64,000 bases of DNA from a virus, in IMG/VR virus record IMGVR_UViG_3300025769_015982, positions 1-64,000 of that record; one strand, given 5' to 3'. Under the pieces are notes generated by a model that worked only from the letters and a program-made list of their open reading frames with translations, did no database searches and had not been told where the DNA came from. The position numbers and the translations under genes are program-made. Shown here one piece after another: positions 60,512 to 64,000 of the stretch; the stretch's first letter is position 1, and each line of letters begins with the position of its first letter.

Positions 60512-61966
60512 ATGAGAATTTTAGGTATAAATTGTCTTAATCATGATGCTGCTATTTCTGTTATTGAAGATGGAAACATATTATTTGCAGCTCATTCTGA
60601 AAGATATAGTCGTCAAAAAAATGATATGTATCTTAATGATAGTATTATAAATGAAGCTTTTAGTTATGGGAAACCTGATAAAATTGCGTATTATGAAAGG
60701 CCCTGGATTAAAAAATCTAGGCAGTTATATGCAGGTCAATATAATGAGGTTTTTAATTTAAATAATTTACCTAGTAAATATTTATCCCCCTGGTTGAAGG
60801 AATATAAAATTCATTATGTAGACCACCATCTAAGCCATGCAGCGGCAGGTTATTATACTTCCCCGTATGATGAAGCCGCTATATTAGTTATTGATGGTAT
60901 TGGTGAATGGGATGTTTTAACTATATGGCACGGAAAGGGGAATGATATAAAAAAAATATATAGTGTTAAGTATCCTCACTCTTTAGGTTTATTTTATTCG
61001 GCAGCCACCCAAGCTATTAATTTAAAACCCTGTGAAGAAGAATATATTTTAATGGGTATGTCTGCTTGGGGTAAAGATAAACACTGGAAGCAGTTTAAAA
61101 ATGATTTATTTGATAGTGATAAATTATTACGACTTAATCATAACATACATAGAGGAATAGGATCATATAGTAAAGAGTGGGACCGATTTGATGTAGCCGC
61201 TAGTACCCAAACCTTAACAGAATATATCTTAGATAAGATTATTAATCACACAAAACAGCTATTACCTAATGTAGATAATTTAGTTTACATGGGTGGGTGT
61301 GCTTTAAATTGTGTAGCTAATGGAAAAATTTTACCTAAATATTATTCAAACCATTGGATAATGCCTAATCCCGGAGACGCAGGTTCATCATTAGGGGCAG
61401 CAGCAGCATTATATAAAAAACCTATTAAATGGGAAGGACCCTTCTTAGGATCTGAAATCAAAGGTAAATATCCTGTAAAAGAAGCCTGCAAGTTGCTGTT
61501 AAAAGGTGAAATAATAGGAATAGCTAATGGTAAAGCAGAATTTGGACCTAGGGCATTAGGAAACAGAAGTTTACTTGCAGATCCTCGTGGATTTAAAATT
61601 AAAGATAAAGTTAATGAAATTAAACGTAGACAAAAATTTAGACCATTTGCCCCGGCAATAATGGAAGAACATGCTCATAAAATCTTTGAAATGCCCGTAA
61701 AAAGAATACCATATATGCAATACACAGCAAAATGTAAATATCCTGATAAATATCCTGCTATTTGTCATATTGATAATACTAGTAGAGTACAAACAGTATC
61801 TAAAAAAGATAATCCAGGTTTTTATGCTCTACTAAAAGAATTTTATACAAAAACAGGATGTCCTATGTTATTAAACACTAGTCTTAATATTAAAGGTCAA
61901 CCTATAGTTAATTCTAAACAGGATGCTGTAGATTTTGAAAATCATTATAATATAAAAGTACTATAA
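60512..61966 (+). CDS. O-carbamoyltransferase (NodU/CmcH family), copy 2
   Basis: NHDAA; ERYSRQK; HHLSHAA; IDGIGE; GGCALNC; GDAG; EFGPRALGNRS; LNTSLN. Confidence 0.93.
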   Translation: MRILGINCLNHDAAISVIEDGNILFAAHSERYSRQKNDMYLNDSIINEAFSYGKPDKIAYYERPWIKKSRQLYAGQYNEVFNLNNLPSKYLSPWLKEYKIHYVDHHLSHAAAGYYTSPYDEAAILVIDGIGEWDVLTIWHGKGNDIKKIYSVKYPHSLGLFYSAATQAINLKPCEEEYILMGMSAWGKDKHWKQFKNDLFDSDKLLRLNHNIHRGIGSYSKEWDRFDVAASTQTLTEYILDKIINHTKQLLPNVDNLVYMGGCALNCVANGKILPKYYSNHWIMPNPGDAGSSLGAAAALYKKPIKWEGPFLGSEIKGKYPVKEACKLLLKGEIIGIANGKAEFGPRALGNRSLLADPRGFKIKDKVNEIKRRQKFRPFAPAIMEEHAHKIFEMPVKRIPYMQYTAKCKYPDKYPAICHIDNTSRVQTVSKKDNPGFYALLKEFYTKTGCPMLLNTSLNIKGQPIVNSKQDAVDFENHYNIKVL

Positions 61967-61967
61967 A

Positions 61968-62540
61968 GTGGAAAATATTAATTTTGTAAATATGCATAGG
62001 TATCAGAACATAGAAAGAACTGTGTACCAAAAAGTGATAGAATGGAAACCTAAAACAATAGTAGAATTAGGCCATGGGTCGGGTGCTTTAACTTCTGCTA
62101 TGGGTCTTGCTTTAAAAAAACTAAATAATAATGGAAAAATATATAGTTATGATGTTAACGGAACTTCTAACTATACTTTAGGTCTAATGTCTAAATCGGC
62201 CCTAGAAAATGTAAAAGAAAGAAAATTAACCGATATAGTTGAATTTACAAAAGGAAATGTTTTTGAAACATGGGTAAAAGATCCATTTCCATTTGATTTA
62301 TTATTAATAGATATTAATAATACATGGAATATATTATATGATATTTTAATAGCTAATACTTTTATTAATAATGAAATAAAAAAAGGAGCTAAAATCTTAG
62401 TAGAGGGAGGTGATCCTAACCACCCTAGAATAAATTCTAATACATTAGATTTTTTTAACAATAGTTGTAATAAAAACATCTTTACTATAGAACATTTAAG
62501 TGGTTCTGGGAGAACCAGCATATCAATATTAACAATATGA
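61968..62540 (+). CDS. class I SAM-dependent methyltransferase
   Basis: IVELGHGSG; IYSYD; FDLLLID. Confidence 0.75.
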   Translation: MENINFVNMHRYQNIERTVYQKVIEWKPKTIVELGHGSGALTSAMGLALKKLNNNGKIYSYDVNGTSNYTLGLMSKSALENVKERKLTDIVEFTKGNVFETWVKDPFPFDLLLIDINNTWNILYDILIANTFINNEIKKGAKILVEGGDPNHPRINSNTLDFFNNSCNKNIFTIEHLSGSGRTSISILTI

Positions 62541-63412
62541 AAAAACTAGCAGTAATAGCGAGTGGTTGGCATTATTCATCACATTTTTATGAAAAAATAG
62601 CCAAACAACAGAAAGTAGAAGGATGGGACATAGAATTATTTGTGATATCTCATAGACACCCTGAACATAAAGACACAATAAAGGAAAAAGAACACGTTAG
62701 AAATTATGAAGGGAAAGAATTAATGACTTACCTTGATAAGGTAATGTATGAAACCCCTATAACTGAAAAAGAAATAACAGATTTAGGATGGACTTATATT
62801 GAAAAACCCAACACGATAGGAGATATGGAGGTTTTTAACCAATGGTCTGATGACTATAATTATTTAGATTACGATTTATTCCTTATAACCCATGATGATA
62901 ATTTTATTTTATCAGATAAAATATTTAAAGATATTTTACTTAATAACATAGAGTTACATAAACCTATTATAGAATCAAAATATGGAAACCATCAATTTAA
63001 AACCCAACTAGTAGATAATAACTTAGATTGGATGTTTTTAGATAATGGATATTCAGAATACATAGCTAAGGCTTTTACTCCAAGAGGATCTTTTAGTTTT
63101 TATAAAAAAGAACTCATAGATTTATTACCTAATAATAAATTTAATATGTACGAAGATGGAGGAACAGGAATAGTTAATCGAGAGGGAAAAACTAATAGTG
63201 TTGGGCATGAAGGAATTTCAGCCTGGAATACTCACGCAGGCACTTTTAGAAATGCTTTGTATGATTTAGACCTAGTTAAACACACTCGTTGGTTATCAAG
63301 TACTAAACGTGTTAGTAATTATTGCATTGAAGGTGAAAGGGGTTTTATTAGTAATAATAATTGTGGGGAAAAGCACTATAAAACCTCAGTAAAACAAATA
63401 TTTGAAAAATGA
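62537..63412 (+). CDS. putative GT-A fold glycosyltransferase
   Basis: N.IGD...N; YDLFLITHDD motif; cluster context. Confidence 0.5.
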   Translation: MKKLAVIASGWHYSSHFYEKIAKQQKVEGWDIELFVISHRHPEHKDTIKEKEHVRNYEGKELMTYLDKVMYETPITEKEITDLGWTYIEKPNTIGDMEVFNQWSDDYNYLDYDLFLITHDDNFILSDKIFKDILLNNIELHKPIIESKYGNHQFKTQLVDNNLDWMFLDNGYSEYIAKAFTPRGSFSFYKKELIDLLPNNKFNMYEDGGTGIVNREGKTNSVGHEGISAWNTHAGTFRNALYDLDLVKHTRWLSSTKRVSNYCIEGERGFISNNNCGEKHYKTSVKQIFEK

Positions 63413-64000
63413 TAAATACTCCTGTTATACATGATAGGCATATAGTAAAAGATGTTTTTAATCAAATTATAAAAAGTAAAATATATAAAGATGCTTTTAA
63501 TAAACCCGATAATTTAACAATAGTAACTGTTAGAAACGAAGGTACTATGGAAGATAGAATTATACCTTCATTAAAAGGTTATGAAGATAAATCAATATTA
63601 GAAGCTAATCTGGAATATTTAGGAATAAAGCCCTTAACTATACTAACAGACTCTAGATTACCTTGGAGAAATACTTTCAAGTTTGAAATAATATTAGACT
63701 ATTTAAATTCGGGAAAATGCGATACAGAATATTTTATGTTTTGTGATGCTATAGATGTTATATTTACAGATGATCCCCAAAAAGTTATTAATATATTTGA
63801 ATCATTTGAATGTGATGCCTTATTTATGTCTACACATTCTACAGATGGTTATAAATGCATGCCCGGAGTTAAAAAATTTATAGATGAAACTATAAAAAGT
63901 AATAGAAGATACTTAAATAGTGGAGTATATATAGGTAAAACTTCTTTTATAAAAGAAATATTTGAAGAAGCTATTAAATATGCTATTCCTCATGGGGTTA
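63409..64000 (+). CDS. PLOD/LH3-type glycosyltransferase domain protein (3'-truncated by the window edge)
   Basis: Not in the ORF track. ATG at 63409 (ATGA overlap) and open to the window end; FMFCDAIDVIF and RYLNSGVYIG motifs. Confidence 0.7.
   Translation, partial: MINTPVIHDRHIVKDVFNQIIKSKIYKDAFNKPDNLTIVTVRNEGTMEDRIIPSLKGYEDKSILEANLEYLGIKPLTILTDSRLPWRNTFKFEIILDYLNSGKCDTEYFMFCDAIDVIFTDDPQKVINIFESFECDALFMSTHSTDGYKCMPGVKKFIDETIKSNRRYLNSGVYIGKTSFIKEIFEEAIKYAIPHGV

Overview
This window is a 64 kb segment of a large, AT-rich, T4-like myovirus genome. All credible genes are on the + strand and use the standard genetic code. The host is probably Bacteroidota, judged from two TTG-N20-TATATTT(G/A) promoters and A-rich leaders without Shine-Dalgarno sequences. 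Four modules are visible. (1) 1-12.8 kb: contractile tail and baseplate genes, including sheath, tube, a gp26-like chaperone with an apparent frameshift extension, tape measure and baseplate proteins, and a protein ending in a HiPIP-like Cys motif. (2) 12.8-22 kb and 28-37 kb: replication genes, including an atypical family A polymerase, gp32, UvsX/RecA, 5'-3' exonuclease, helicase, class Ia RNR, a split family B polymerase, clamp and clamp loader, GroES/GroEL and a Cas4-like nuclease. (3) 22.2-27.8 kb: a 7-deazaguanine (preQ0) cluster with queD, a TGT/DpdA-like gene, queC, queE, folE2, a purine phosphoribosyltransferase and a MazG-like pyrophosphatase. (4) 37.8-64 kb, still open at the window end: a tightly coupled run of about 30 glycan genes, covering many glycosyltransferases, branched/amino-deoxysugar and nonulosonic-acid synthesis, a sialyltransferase-like enzyme and two carbamoyltransferases. 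No tRNA, CRISPR array, IS element, intein or intron was recognised. All family calls come from motifs read by eye; no database searches were run.
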